Positions 50,706 to 60,408 of a stretch of 64,000 nucleotides of DNA are shown here, one piece after another. The notes under the pieces were generated by a model that did not search any database, was not told where the DNA came from, and was given only the letters and a program-made list of their open reading frames with translations. The position numbers and the translations under genes are program-made. The stretch is from Candidatus Bathyarchaeota archaeon (GTDB lineage Archaea > Thermoproteota > Bathyarchaeia > TCS64): positions 1-64,000 of the forward strand of contig JBDRQD010000030.1 in NCBI GenBank assembly GCA_043826455.1, given 5' to 3'. Numbering within the stretch: the stretch's first letter is position 1; every line of letters begins with the position of its first letter.

Positions 50706-51070
50706 GTATGATTATAGTGTCTTAAACAGTATTTAATGTTGATTCGGGCTCTATTTTTCTGTTAACCTCGTGCACGTATTAGAGTTGGGCTTCTGAGAAT
50801 GAGGGCGGTGTGTTCTGAGGCTTGGTATTTATGAATTTTCTGAACAAACTGAAGCAATTGATATGTATGGATTAATTTTTTGTAGAATCCTGGATGTTTT
50901 TAACATGAATATCTAAAGTGATTTTGGTTTGAAGTGTGCTTATTCTCTATTTAGCTTATGTTCAGCATTTGTTAGGTATATATAGTGGTGGTTAGTTTCG
51001 TTAACATACACTGCGTTTCCTTATTTTCGCCTCATTATTGTATACATTGAAAGTTTTTTGTGTACATACG

Positions 51071-51165
51071 TTTAAGTACTGCACTCTGTTTGTGTGTCTT
51101 GATCGTTGAGCAGGGTAGATTTAGCTATAATTTATCTCCCCTGTTCGCGACGATTAAAAGGTGAA
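51071..51165 (+). promoter_or_regulatory. S-layer-gene promoter: TATA box, 5'-leader hairpin and RBS
   Basis: TTTAAGTA at 51071; stem GATCGTT-GAGCAGGG / CCCTGTTC-GACGATT (51101-51155); GGTGA at 51160. Confidence 0.6.
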
Positions 51166-51173
51166 AAAGAAAA

Positions 51174-53660
51174 ATGAATAGTAAAAAAGCGATTACTCTA
51201 CTAGTATTAGCAACACTCATAATGTCATTTGTACCTCTGGTACCTGTCAGAGCCATCACTATGAACGCTTACACCGGTAAGAAAGGTGGCGCTCTCCCCG
51301 AGCTTAGGAAGGGAAGCGTCATCGAGGTCACCGGTGGCGGCGTGACTGCTGGTGCAACGATCAACCTCTACTGGGACAACGCCTTTAAGGAAACATTCAG
51401 TAGCGGCTCCGGTAAACTGAACTCGACAACAGCCAAGAATACAGGCGCCTACACAGTTAGGTTCAAGATACCTGAGGCTGTTGCAGGAGCCCACTACATC
51501 TGGGTGAAAGACACAGCCACCGGCGATACTCTAGGTGGTATCACTGTAGCTCAGTCAGCTCTAACACCTGTGCCTTACCTGAAGCTATCCCCAACCACAG
51601 GACTGGCCGGCGACACCATCACATTAACAGGCTACCACTTCGGCGACGAGGTTGACATCACACCCATCTCAGACAACTTCGTAGACTCTTACCCCTCCCC
51701 ACTGGAAGCGACAGAGACTCCAGCAACACCCGAAACAACGGATCTGGGTACATTCACGTGTACCTTCAAAGTACCAGCAACTACTGCCTACGGCTCCTAC
51801 ACAATCACGGCCACCGACACTACAAACACTGACACAGTACCCTTCACGGTTGGCGCCGCCATCTCACTCAACATTGAGGAGGGCCCAGTCGGCAAGGTAG
51901 TGCAGGTGTCAGGAAGAGGCTTCACTTCAGGACGTAACATTGAAAAAGCCGGAGTGACGATCAGCGCTACTCAATGCTATGTCATCAACGATCCCGTTGT
52001 TGTAAAAGCAGACGGAACCTTCAAGGCATCCATAGTGATCCCCCAGGTAGCATCCACAAACGACTACACGATCACTGTTACAGAGTCCGGTGCGTCACCG
52101 AAATCTGGTACAGCCGACTTTGAGGTAGTTGGATTAGCCGAGATTAAGGCTACTCCCGCCTACGGTCCTCAGGGATCGCAGATAACGGTTGAGGGCTGGA
52201 ACTTTACACAGATCTCCAACACCAACGTGGTCGTCACACTCGCCACTGTAGGCTCTAAGACCTTCAAGACTGACTCCAAGGGCTACTTCAAGGGCATATA
52301 CACTGTTCCCGCTGTAGCGGCTGGTGTTCAGACACTCATGGCAGAGCAGGCTTCCTACAACATTGACGCAGACGCGAACTTCAGGGCTGGCTTGATGATA
52401 GTTATCCTATCACCCAACTCAGGCCCGGCAGGCACCAAAGTCACTCTAACAGGCACAGGCTTCACTACAGGCGGCACGACGCAGTGGAACGCAACCTTCG
52501 GCAACAATGATTGGGTAGATGAGACAATCCTGAACACAGATGGCACCCTATCCAAGGAGGTCTACGTCCCGACAATCACGCCAGGGGCATACACGGTCAC
52601 CGTACTGGACATTGATGCCGAGATCGAGGTCACAGCAAGCTTCACCGTCACAAAGACGACGAACGTCACCCCTGACCCCCTCGTAGCTCCAAACGGCTAC
52701 AAGGTAAAGTTCAAGGGCACGTTCTTCGCCGCAGACGATGACGACACAGAGGATGTGACACTTGACTGGGTGCTTTGGAACGCCACAAGCAACTGGGACA
52801 TGGACGTGTACAACAACACCTTGCTGACCATCGACTCCTTAGTCTGGGACACGGGTAACTTCACAGCCTACTGGGAAGTGCCCGATGACGACACCCTCGA
52901 CCTAGGCGTCTACTGGGTCAACGTGACCGACAGCGAGGACCTGTTCTACCAGTTCCAGTTCGAGGTCGTGTCAAAGACCACAGCCATCACGCCGAGGAAG
53001 GCCACCTTCAGGATCAGTGAGACAGTCGCCTTCAACGTACAGAGCAGCTTCTCCCAGGTGAACTCATACATCAAGGTATGGGACCCTGCAAGCAACCTGT
53101 ACTGGAAGACAGACCTGTTCGTCACCGGTAACTGGATCAAGGTAGGCACCCTACAGGTGTATCCCTTCTACGAGCAGACCGCCGGCGGAAACCCGATGGT
53201 CCTCCTGGAGGACGCACCCCTGGGCACCTACACCTGGAAGTGGTACGACGAAGATGACGAGGTAGTCAGCTCAGGCACCCTCATGGTCGCAGCCGCGACC
53301 GAGTCGGTGCTTGGCGCACAGATCGAGGACCTGAACAAGGCAGTCACTGACCTGCAGACCGACATATCCACGGTCAGCACAGAGATGGCCGGAGTCAGGA
53401 CCCAGATCACCAACGCCATCAACGCAGCCAACGCAGCAGTCCAGGCAGCCAACGCGGCCACACAGGCCGTCAACGCAGTCGCCCAGACCGCCAGCGCAGC
53501 GTCCACAGCAGCCACCAACGCAGCTAACGCTGCCACGGAGGCCAAGAACGCCGCCAACGGCCTGACGACACTGGTCTACGGCGCCATCGGCGCATCACTA
53601 GTAGCAGCACTCGCAGCAATCGTAAGCCTAATGCAGATAAGCAGAAGGATCGCGGGCTAA
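51174..53660 (+). CDS. Probable S-layer/major cell-surface protein
   Basis: Signal peptide, tandem IPT/TIG-like repeats, many NxT/S sequons, Ala/Asn/Thr coiled-coil stalk, C-terminal TM plus RR. Confidence 0.8.
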   Translation: MNSKKAITLLVLATLIMSFVPLVPVRAITMNAYTGKKGGALPELRKGSVIEVTGGGVTAGATINLYWDNAFKETFSSGSGKLNSTTAKNTGAYTVRFKIPEAVAGAHYIWVKDTATGDTLGGITVAQSALTPVPYLKLSPTTGLAGDTITLTGYHFGDEVDITPISDNFVDSYPSPLEATETPATPETTDLGTFTCTFKVPATTAYGSYTITATDTTNTDTVPFTVGAAISLNIEEGPVGKVVQVSGRGFTSGRNIEKAGVTISATQCYVINDPVVVKADGTFKASIVIPQVASTNDYTITVTESGASPKSGTADFEVVGLAEIKATPAYGPQGSQITVEGWNFTQISNTNVVVTLATVGSKTFKTDSKGYFKGIYTVPAVAAGVQTLMAEQASYNIDADANFRAGLMIVILSPNSGPAGTKVTLTGTGFTTGGTTQWNATFGNNDWVDETILNTDGTLSKEVYVPTITPGAYTVTVLDIDAEIEVTASFTVTKTTNVTPDPLVAPNGYKVKFKGTFFAADDDDTEDVTLDWVLWNATSNWDMDVYNNTLLTIDSLVWDTGNFTAYWEVPDDDTLDLGVYWVNVTDSEDLFYQFQFEVVSKTTAITPRKATFRISETVAFNVQSSFSQVNSYIKVWDPASNLYWKTDLFVTGNWIKVGTLQVYPFYEQTAGGNPMVLLEDAPLGTYTWKWYDEDDEVVSSGTLMVAAATESVLGAQIEDLNKAVTDLQTDISTVSTEMAGVRTQITNAINAANAAVQAANAATQAVNAVAQTASAASTAATNAANAATEAKNAANGLTTLVYGAIGASLVAALAAIVSLMQISRRIAG

Positions 53661-53680
53661 ACCCGCAACCCCCTTTTCTT
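53548..53680 (+). repeat. Direct repeat 1: 3' end of the S-layer-like gene plus terminator start
   Basis: Nearly identical to 54326-54459. Confidence 0.95.
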
Positions 53681-53691
53681 TAATTTCTTTT
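53674..53691 (+). terminator. Oligo-T archaeal terminator
   Basis: TTTTCTTTAATTTCTTTT directly after the stop codon. Confidence 0.55.
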
Positions 53692-53781
53692 AATCCCCGA
53701 AACCAGTGGACACTAGGATCGGTCAATTCCCTCAATTACCCAAACATTGTAGAGAACAAACAAAAGTCTACTCTAAGATGT

Positions 53782-54039
53782 CTACCTGTAAACTGTTCTC
53801 CTGTGCTGTACATCCAGGAGCGTCACAGAGAGTCCCACATCATCAACAATGTAAATAACGCGATAATCACCCACCCTGAGGCTCCACCTGCCAGACAGAG
53901 GCCCCTTCAGGGGCTTACCTAAGTGTGGATCTTCTTCAAGATTAGTAACCGCCTCATCGATCCTTACACGCTGAATCTTGTTCAATAATCTAAGGTTCTT
54001 CTCGAAGGTCCGGGTAACCTTGAGGCTATACCTCGTCAC
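53782..54039 (-). CDS. RelE/ParE family toxin
   Basis: GKPLKGPLSGRWSLRVGDYRVIY, HRRTVY. Confidence 0.9.
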   Translation of the reverse strand: MTRYSLKVTRTFEKNLRLLNKIQRVRIDEAVTNLEEDPHLGKPLKGPLSGRWSLRVGDYRVIYIVDDVGLSVTLLDVQHRRTVYR

Positions 54040-54238
54040 CCCGTCTCAACTCCTCTATGAGGTCCCTGTAATCCCGTACCCTCCCCGCCTTAACATCCTC
54101 CTCTGCCTCACGGAGGCTCGCCAAAGCCTCCTCATCCTCCAGGATCTCCAGGGTTTCTGTGATACCCTCAAGAAGCCCTCCGACGCGTAAGAGAAGTGCC
54201 CTATCCTCATCCGTGAGTAGAAGATCGCCTTCAGCCAT
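54026..54238 (-). CDS. RelB/Phd-like antitoxin
   Basis: ETLEILEDEE...SLREAEEDVKAGRV; overlaps relE. Confidence 0.8.
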   Translation of the reverse strand: MAEGDLLLTDEDRALLLRVGGLLEGITETLEILEDEEALASLREAEEDVKAGRVRDYRDLIEELRRGDEV

Positions 54239-54325
54239 GTACGCACCAACCATACAGGAGAGTGCTTCCTATATGAACCTAACTTCAAGAAAATGAAATA
54301 TTATTATCGTGATGGATGAACATTT

Positions 54326-54459
54326 ACGCAGCCAACGGCCTGACCACACTGATCTACGGCGCCATCGGCGCATCGCTAGTAGCCGCACTCGCAGCAATCG
54401 TAAGCCTGATGCAGATAAGCAGAAGGATCGCGGGCTAAACCCGCAACCCCCATTTTCTT
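54326..54459 (+). pseudogene. Direct repeat 2: orphan 3' end of an S-layer allele
   Basis: Encodes AANGLTTLIYGAIGASLVAALAAIVSLMQISRRIAG* with no start. Confidence 0.9.
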
Positions 54460-54769
54460 ATTTTTTATTATTCTAAGGAGTCCAAAGTAGTGATATCTAG
54501 GCTTAGCTCCACGCCCAGAAGAAGCTTAATCTTCCCCGTCTCTGCGAAGCGTACATTGAGCTACTAGACAGTATTGGCGATGGGGATTCAGGATCATTCA
54601 ATAATAACTTTCGTAGAAGATTTTTCTCGGCCCTATTTACGGCAGCTCTTAACCACACAGACACTGATGCTGCAACCAGCAATGTGGCGTGTCGTTTAGA
54701 CCCTGAAGAGGATGCAGCTCACATACTTTCAGCGAATACTAAAAAAAGGCGACTCAAAGTATATGATGT

Positions 54770-54905
54770 TGAATACTGGCGCTCTCCTAGCTGCCTGTCG
54801 TCGGCTGTGACCCGAAGGGCGTTCTACTGGTTAGAGTGGACTAAACACGCATCGTAGATCGTCGCGTTGAGGCATTTTGATGTGGCAGCTGCCTGTCTCA
54901 TGCCT
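54770..54905 (-). pseudogene. PIN-domain remnant
   Basis: Minus strand reads LNATIYDACLVHSNQ*NALRVTADDRQL (TIYDA/TAD motifs with an internal stop). Confidence 0.55.
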
Positions 54906-54956
54906 TTGTCGTCTTCTGTATAGACTCTGTCTTTCTCTATGCGGTTTCTATTAGTT

Positions 54957-54970
54957 TATTGGTACCAATA
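54957..54970. repeat. Perfect palindrome TATTGGTACCAATA, copy 1
   Basis: Identical 14-mer at 60269 and 62490. Confidence 0.9.
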
Positions 54971-55270
54971 GTGTTAATCGGAGCCCTATTTTCCTAAGAA
55001 ACGGGGAAACTATGGTTGAATTGGTTCCCAACCGTAGAGGGATCTTGACTCATCACCTCTTGTCAGCCCAGGTCCACAGGCCACACATGGAATACCTACA
55101 CGTTTTTCCCGTTAAACCCCGGAAGGCGCTCCATGCCTGTGCTCCTTGAACCTCCCCGGAGCACCCTCCTTCTCGTCAAGCAGCCGGAGAGTTGAGCCCA
55201 CGGCAGAGGATGCAGAGGGTGCCCCTGAGGGGGTCACGGAGGGTGCCTCTAAGGGTACAAGGGTACCTCG

Positions 55271-55625
55271 GAGGGGGCTTAGGAGGGGGCTCCTATACCC
55301 CCTCCCCTTTGGCTAAGGAGGCCGGTTACACAATGGAGGAGCTACCCCCCTGGGTAGGCTCTAGCCTCGTAAGGGCCAGGCAAGGCACCCCCACAGGAGC
55401 CACAGGCCGAAGAGAGGCCCCTGCCCAAGCCCATGCTAGGCCCAGAGGAGGCCGCCAGGAGGCTGGCTAAGAGGCTACAGGCCAGGCGTCAAGCCGAGCC
55501 AGAGGCTAACACTATGCTCCTAGGGGGGGTGGTTCAGCAGACGCTGAGGGGGGCCTGGCCTCTGGCCTAGGTAGGGGCCTAGATGGGGGCTCTGATACCC
55601 CCTCCCCTTAGGCTATGAGGAGGCT
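55271..55625 (+). repeat. Imperfect ~50-bp direct repeat pair in G/C-tract-rich non-coding DNA
   Basis: GGGGGCTCCTATACCCCCTCCCCTTTGGCTA versus GGGGGCTCTGATACCCCCTCCCCTTAGGCTA, 300 bp apart. Confidence 0.7.
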
Positions 55626-55922
55626 CTCCAGCTGCTCAACCAGAAAGAGAGCGGCTCTATTGTCGAGTGTCAGGGGGCAAGTACCGGGTTACCAGCGTCA
55701 ACGGGGAAATCAAGCTCACCCCAATAACCCAGACAGAGGTGCTGGCCGGCCTTTCCCTGGCGGCGGCGGTAAGTAAGGCCATGGTTAACAACGTCGAGGT
55801 GAGCATGCTGGTCGTCGCAAGAAGGTGACCCACCCTTCAGGGATCGCTGAATTGCCCTGATCCGGAGAGCCATTCTGGAAAAGTTAGAAAAGTATATAAT
55901 CCTGGAAAACCCAACAACACAT

Positions 55923-56183
55923 ATGAGCGTCAGCATCAAGGATCTCGACGAGAACGCCTACAGGAACCTCAAAGCCGAAGCCATCCGCCACGGCATGAGG
56001 GTAAGCGAGGCCGCAACCGAAGCCTTCAGACTCTGGGTCGCCTCCAAGAGACAGACGCGCCAAAGAGACCAGGAACGCATGCGGAACGCGGCAGAAGACA
56101 TGGACACGCTGAGAAGCCAAGGCAAGGTTATATGGTCCGGGGCTGAGGAGATAAGGAGATGGCGGGACGAACGGAAGCGGTAG
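55923..56183 (+). CDS. RHH-type antitoxin (VapB)
   Basis: SIKDLDENAYRNLKAEA, SGAEEIRRWRD. Confidence 0.8.
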   Translation: MSVSIKDLDENAYRNLKAEAIRHGMRVSEAATEAFRLWVASKRQTRQRDQERMRNAAEDMDTLRSQGKVIWSGAEEIRRWRDERKR

Positions 56184-56575
56184 TCGACGCCTCCACAGCC
56201 ATTAAATGGCTATCCGAGGAAGAGGGAACCCCCGCCGCCCTCAAACTGAGAGAAGAACACATAGAGGGAACCACAGTCCTGTCCGCCCCCGATCTACTCC
56301 TCTACGAGCTGGCCAACGCCCTCCGATACAGACCAGACTATGACGACGAGAAAGTGACGCAAGCCCTAATCAACGTCATCGACCTCCAGATCGACCTGAT
56401 AACCCCCGGAAGGGAACTCCTCCAACAATCCACCAAAGACGCATACATCTACGATACGACAGTCTACGACTCATGTTACCTCGCCCTCGGTGAACTCATG
56501 GGGGTCGAAGTTTACACGTCTGACAGAAAGTTTTACGAGAAGGCGAAGGGATCAGACATTCTAAGGCTCATTTAA
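56159..56575 (+). CDS. PIN-domain toxin (VapC)
   Basis: VVDASTAIKW, YELANAL, TVYDSCYLAL, TSD. Confidence 0.9.
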   Translation: MAGRTEAVVDASTAIKWLSEEEGTPAALKLREEHIEGTTVLSAPDLLLYELANALRYRPDYDDEKVTQALINVIDLQIDLITPGRELLQQSTKDAYIYDTTVYDSCYLALGELMGVEVYTSDRKFYEKAKGSDILRLI

Positions 56576-56651
56576 CTCCAAAGCTGCGCGCGCCATGTGT
56601 GTGCATCGATTACAGCCCTGCGCACTTTGAAAGGTGATGCGTACACGCCTC

Positions 56652-57083
56652 CTACCCTAACACTTTAAGAAACTCATCGGGAGTGAGCGAGGCGATGAAG
56701 GCGGAGGCTTTAGTGAACTGCTTGTCCTCAGTGATGACATGGCTGGCCCCTGAGATCACGCCGGAAGCAGCGATGATGGCGTCAGGGAGCCTCATCCCGG
56801 TTTTCGCCCTTATCTTGCCGGCGAGCTCCGCCAACCCGGTATCGACGTCCACGATCGCGTACTCGCCTGTGGAGCGGAAGTGCAGGACGAAGTCCTTGAG
56901 CCCGGTCTCATCACCCGATGTGTGGTAGCCGACAGCGACCTCGGCGATGGTCACAGTTGAGATCGCGGCCCTGGCTTTCCCCGACTCAACCTGGTCAAGG
57001 ATCTCAACCACGCCTTCATACCCAGGCTCCCGGTTGTACACCTTGAGTAGGACGTTCGTGTCGAGAACTACTCTCGGTCCCAC
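56652..57083 (-). CDS. PIN-domain toxin (VapC)
   Basis: VLDTNV, TIAE, LPDAIIAAS, TEDKQF. Confidence 0.9.
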   Translation of the reverse strand: MGPRVVLDTNVLLKVYNREPGYEGVVEILDQVESGKARAAISTVTIAEVAVGYHTSGDETGLKDFVLHFRSTGEYAIVDVDTGLAELAGKIRAKTGMRLPDAIIAASGVISGASHVITEDKQFTKASAFIASLTPDEFLKVLG

Positions 57084-57313
57084 TCCCTACGTAGCCTCCT
57101 CTGGAATGCTAGACTCGGCTCGCCGAGGGGCTTCGCCCTCATTAATATGTCGCTGAGCTTATCCTTTGGAACTTTCCTCAGCGTCACCGTGTCTCCGTCA
57201 GCCTGGAATATTACTTTGTCCCCTTCAGATACACCTAGAGCCACCCGGATGTCCTTCGGTATCGTGACTTGACCCTTGGATGTGACTGAGCTTACTCCTA
57301 CCTCCAACACCAT
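57068..57313 (-). CDS. AbrB/MazE-family antitoxin
   Basis: VTSKGQVTIPKDIR..LG..EGD. Confidence 0.9.
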   Translation of the reverse strand: MVLEVGVSSVTSKGQVTIPKDIRVALGVSEGDKVIFQADGDTVTLRKVPKDKLSDILMRAKPLGEPSLAFQRRLRREWDRE

Positions 57314-57480
57314 CCCCCGAATAGACGGTCTACATACTTACTTATATGCATTACATTTCTTACTCGAAAATAAGAAAAACTGTGTCTTTGCATGAAGATG
57401 ACCCAGCAAATCTGTGTTACAGGGTCATGAGCGTAGGCGTGAACTACCCACCTTGCGCCTATATGAAGGCGTATATATCC

Positions 57481-57546
57481 CTTACGATGCGGGTTCAATT
57501 CATCCCATGACTGAAGTCATGGACTTTCTTGAACCCGCATCGTAAG
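57481..57546. repeat. 66-bp nested inverted repeat
   Basis: Perfect 18-bp arms CTTACGATGCGGGTTCAA/TTGAACCCGCATCGTAAG around an inner CCATGACT-GA-AGTCATGG. Confidence 0.9.
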
Positions 57547-57590
57547 AGAAAGCTTTATACCATTACACCATAGAAACAATAATTGGTAAA

Positions 57591-57857
57591 ATGGCAGAAA
57601 TAGTCGAAGTTGATAAATCAGGCCGAATAGTGCTCCCGAAGAGGCTCCGCGACGAGCTAGGCATCCGCGAGAGAACACGGCTGATACTCATGAAGAGAAA
57701 CGGCAAAATAACAATGATGCCCCTCGATGTAGACGAGATAGCCCGAAGGCTAGAGAAAGAGCTAGAGGGGATGGAAGTTGAGGAGATCGCCGCATCCATC
57801 AGGAGGGAGATCAACGCCAAGATCGCGAAGGAGCACCCGGAGCTTTCTGCTGGATAA
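57591..57857 (+). CDS. AbrB/MazE-family antitoxin
   Basis: VDKSGRIVLPKRLRDELGI. Confidence 0.88.
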   Translation: MAEIVEVDKSGRIVLPKRLRDELGIRERTRLILMKRNGKITMMPLDVDEIARRLEKELEGMEVEEIAASIRREINAKIAKEHPELSAG

Positions 57858-58260
57858 CAACGTCTTCGTGGCAGCCATAGCCAAACCAAGCCGGACCACT
57901 GGAACACTTAGACTGATCCTCCACCTCATCGCAGACGACGACATACAGCTTATAGGCGACAGGTACCTCGCCGAGGAGATGATCCGCTACGCAGAGGTCT
58001 ACCCCTCAGAGACGGCGGCGTCGCTCCTGGAGGCCCTCGCCTCAAAATTAAAGCTCGTCGATGTAGAGGAAAAGTACCTAAAGATATGCAAGGAATACAT
58101 TGGGACAAATGATCTATCTGACGTGTACCACGCAGCTGCCTGCCTTCAGACCGGATCGGCCCTGATAAGCGATGATGGACACTTCAACCGGATACGGGAC
58201 GAGGGTATAATTAATGTCTGGAGCACCCATCAGGTAATAAAGGAGCTTCTGGGCGTCTAG
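57778..58260 (+). CDS. PIN-domain toxin (start uncertain; domain begins near 57845)
   Basis: LLDNNVFV, D..HAAAC, LISDDGHF. Confidence 0.85.
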   Translation: MRRSPHPSGGRSTPRSRRSTRSFLLDNNVFVAAIAKPSRTTGTLRLILHLIADDDIQLIGDRYLAEEMIRYAEVYPSETAASLLEALASKLKLVDVEEKYLKICKEYIGTNDLSDVYHAAACLQTGSALISDDGHFNRIRDEGIINVWSTHQVIKELLGV

Positions 58261-58342
58261 AGGAACCTATAATATGATGTTTAGATTCACCTAATTCACG
58301 GTCTCACCTCCGGAAGCCGAGGCACAGCAGCCCCAGAAAGAA

Positions 58343-58550
58343 GGAGGGGGTAACGCGGAGAAACCGGAAACGGCTGCCCCACGCCAAAAGGAGCCACGGA
58401 AACACGCCTTCACGATCCCATTCCATACAGAAACATGGCCCACCCAGCTCATCAGGTGCAGCGCAACGAAAGGGTCTGATGTGAAAAAAGTAGGGGGGTA
58501 TTATATAATGGCGAATTTTTTCATTATTATACGAGATACCAGCCCCCGAC
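58343..58550 (+). repeat. Dispersed non-coding repeat, copy C
   Basis: GGGGGTA..AAACCGGAA..CCACGCCAAAAGGAGCCAC..CGATCCCATTC..CTGATGTGAAAAAAGTAGGGGGGTA; ends approximate. Confidence 0.8.
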
Positions 58551-58691
58551 GAGGCCGATGACTCGGCACCAAGCCAAAGATAATCAAGATTCTCTTAACT
58601 AAACTGTGGTAATGTGAATATGATAAAATACCATAGGATTCACTATATCCACATAGATTTAGAGCATTACCTGAGGCTACATGGAGGCTGC

Positions 58692-60257
58692 TTGGCGCTG
58701 GTTGAAGGTTTAAACGAGGCCGTCAGGGGGTCGGCGCGGGGCAGCCTCCTGCTCATGGTGGGGCAGGTGGCGTCGACGGTCGTCTCAGCCCTCACCGTTA
58801 TGGCTGTGGCGAGGCTCCTGGGACCTGAGAACTATGGGGTCGTCACCGTCGTCATGGTGCCCATCGGCCTCGCCCTCCTCATACAGGACCTGGGAGTGAA
58901 CACAGCCCTCACCCGGTTCACAGCCCTCCTGCGGAGAGAGGGGCGCCTAGGTGACATAAGGGTCCTTGTCCGGGTCGGCCTAACCTTCAAAGCAGCTGTC
59001 GCTGGGACGATAGCCCTGGGCTACTGGGCTGGGGCCGGGACCATCGCCTCCTTCTATCTCCAGAGGCCTGAGCTCGAGGGGCTCATCAGGGTAGTATCGC
59101 TAAGCGTGCTGGGGGAAGCCTTGATGACGGCTGTGCAGGCGGTCCTAGTGGGGCACGAGATGATGGGTTACAGGAGCTTCACCCAGGTGCTCTGGACGGT
59201 GCTGAGGGGATCCACATCCATCACGCTTGTCTGGATCGGGTTCGGCCCACTAGGACACCTAGTGGCCAACACCGCCGCACCCTTCGCCACGGCCGCGGTA
59301 GCCCTCATTGTCTTACTCTCAACCCTAAAGAAGGATGGCGGAGAGACACACCTGACCAGCCTGGAGGCGCTGAGGATCATCCTGGGGTTCAGCCTACCCC
59401 TATACGGCGCCACGCTCGTAGGGGGCGGCCTCACCCAGATCCAGAACCTTCTCATGACCCTGCATGTGCCCAACAGCGTGATCGGTAACTACTCCGCGGC
59501 CGTCAACTTCGGGGTCCTGATAAGTTTCTTCACCGTCCCCATCGCGACGGTGCTCTTCCCCCTATTCTCAAGGCTGCCCCGCGGTAGCCCTGAGCTGAGC
59601 ACCGTGTTCAGGAACTCGGTGAAGTACACCACCTTCATCACGTTGCCCGTAGCCCTCTGCCTGGTGGCGCTCTCGGAGGCAGTCATAGCCGTGGTGTACG
59701 GTGGTGGGTACCCGCTGGCCGCAGTCTTCATGAAGGTCTACCTCATCCTCTTCCTGTTCGAGGGGATCGGCGGGCTGAGCCTCGGGAACCTGGTGGTGGG
59801 CGTAGGGGAGGCAAAGGTGGCTTTGGCGGCGAACCTGTTGACGGTGCTGGTGGGCGCCCCCATGAGCCTCGTACTGATCCCCTTGTACGGGATCTGGGGC
59901 CTGCTCGCAACCCTGATAGTTGCACCGAGGGTCGGAGCCCTCTTCATGCTCTGGTGGGTGTGGAAAAGCCTAGGCTTCACGGTGGACTGGGGCGCATCTC
60001 TTCGTCTTTACGTGGCTGGACTGGCCGCGTTCCTCACAGCATCCCTCGCCCTCATATTCACCGGAATTAGTGGATGGGCTGCAATCCTGTTAGGCGGAGG
60101 ACTGTTCGCCGCGTCTTACCTAATTACGGTGCCGGCGCTGGGGGCTCTAAGAAAGAGCGACTTAGACGACTTATCCACAATAACCGACGTGAGTGGCCCC
60201 CTCAAGCTACCTCTCACATTGGTACTAACTATTATGGTGCGATTCGTTAAAGAATAA
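58692..60257 (+). CDS. Wzx/MOP-family oligosaccharide flippase
   Basis: ARLLGPENYG, DLGVNTALTRF, IGNYSAA, LFPLFS; 12 or more TM segments; TTG start after GGAGG assumed. Confidence 0.88.
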   Translation: MALVEGLNEAVRGSARGSLLLMVGQVASTVVSALTVMAVARLLGPENYGVVTVVMVPIGLALLIQDLGVNTALTRFTALLRREGRLGDIRVLVRVGLTFKAAVAGTIALGYWAGAGTIASFYLQRPELEGLIRVVSLSVLGEALMTAVQAVLVGHEMMGYRSFTQVLWTVLRGSTSITLVWIGFGPLGHLVANTAAPFATAAVALIVLLSTLKKDGGETHLTSLEALRIILGFSLPLYGATLVGGGLTQIQNLLMTLHVPNSVIGNYSAAVNFGVLISFFTVPIATVLFPLFSRLPRGSPELSTVFRNSVKYTTFITLPVALCLVALSEAVIAVVYGGGYPLAAVFMKVYLILFLFEGIGGLSLGNLVVGVGEAKVALAANLLTVLVGAPMSLVLIPLYGIWGLLATLIVAPRVGALFMLWWVWKSLGFTVDWGASLRLYVAGLAAFLTASLALIFTGISGWAAILLGGGLFAASYLITVPALGALRKSDLDDLSTITDVSGPLKLPLTLVLTIMVRFVKE

Positions 60258-60268
60258 CTAGAAACCAC

Positions 60269-60282
60269 TATTGGTACCAATA
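60269..60282. repeat. Perfect palindrome TATTGGTACCAATA, copy 2
   Basis: Extends as AAACCA-C-[14-mer]-TGGTTT, a longer hairpin with one bulged C. Confidence 0.9.
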
Positions 60283-60408
60283 TGGTTTATTTGATGTTGC
60301 TGCACACGTGAAAATTACGAATTGTTCCCTATGAATGAGCGTGCACGCATGACGCAACTTTTTTAACCATTATGTAATGCTATATGCTTTGCCACGAGGG
60401 TGTGTGAG

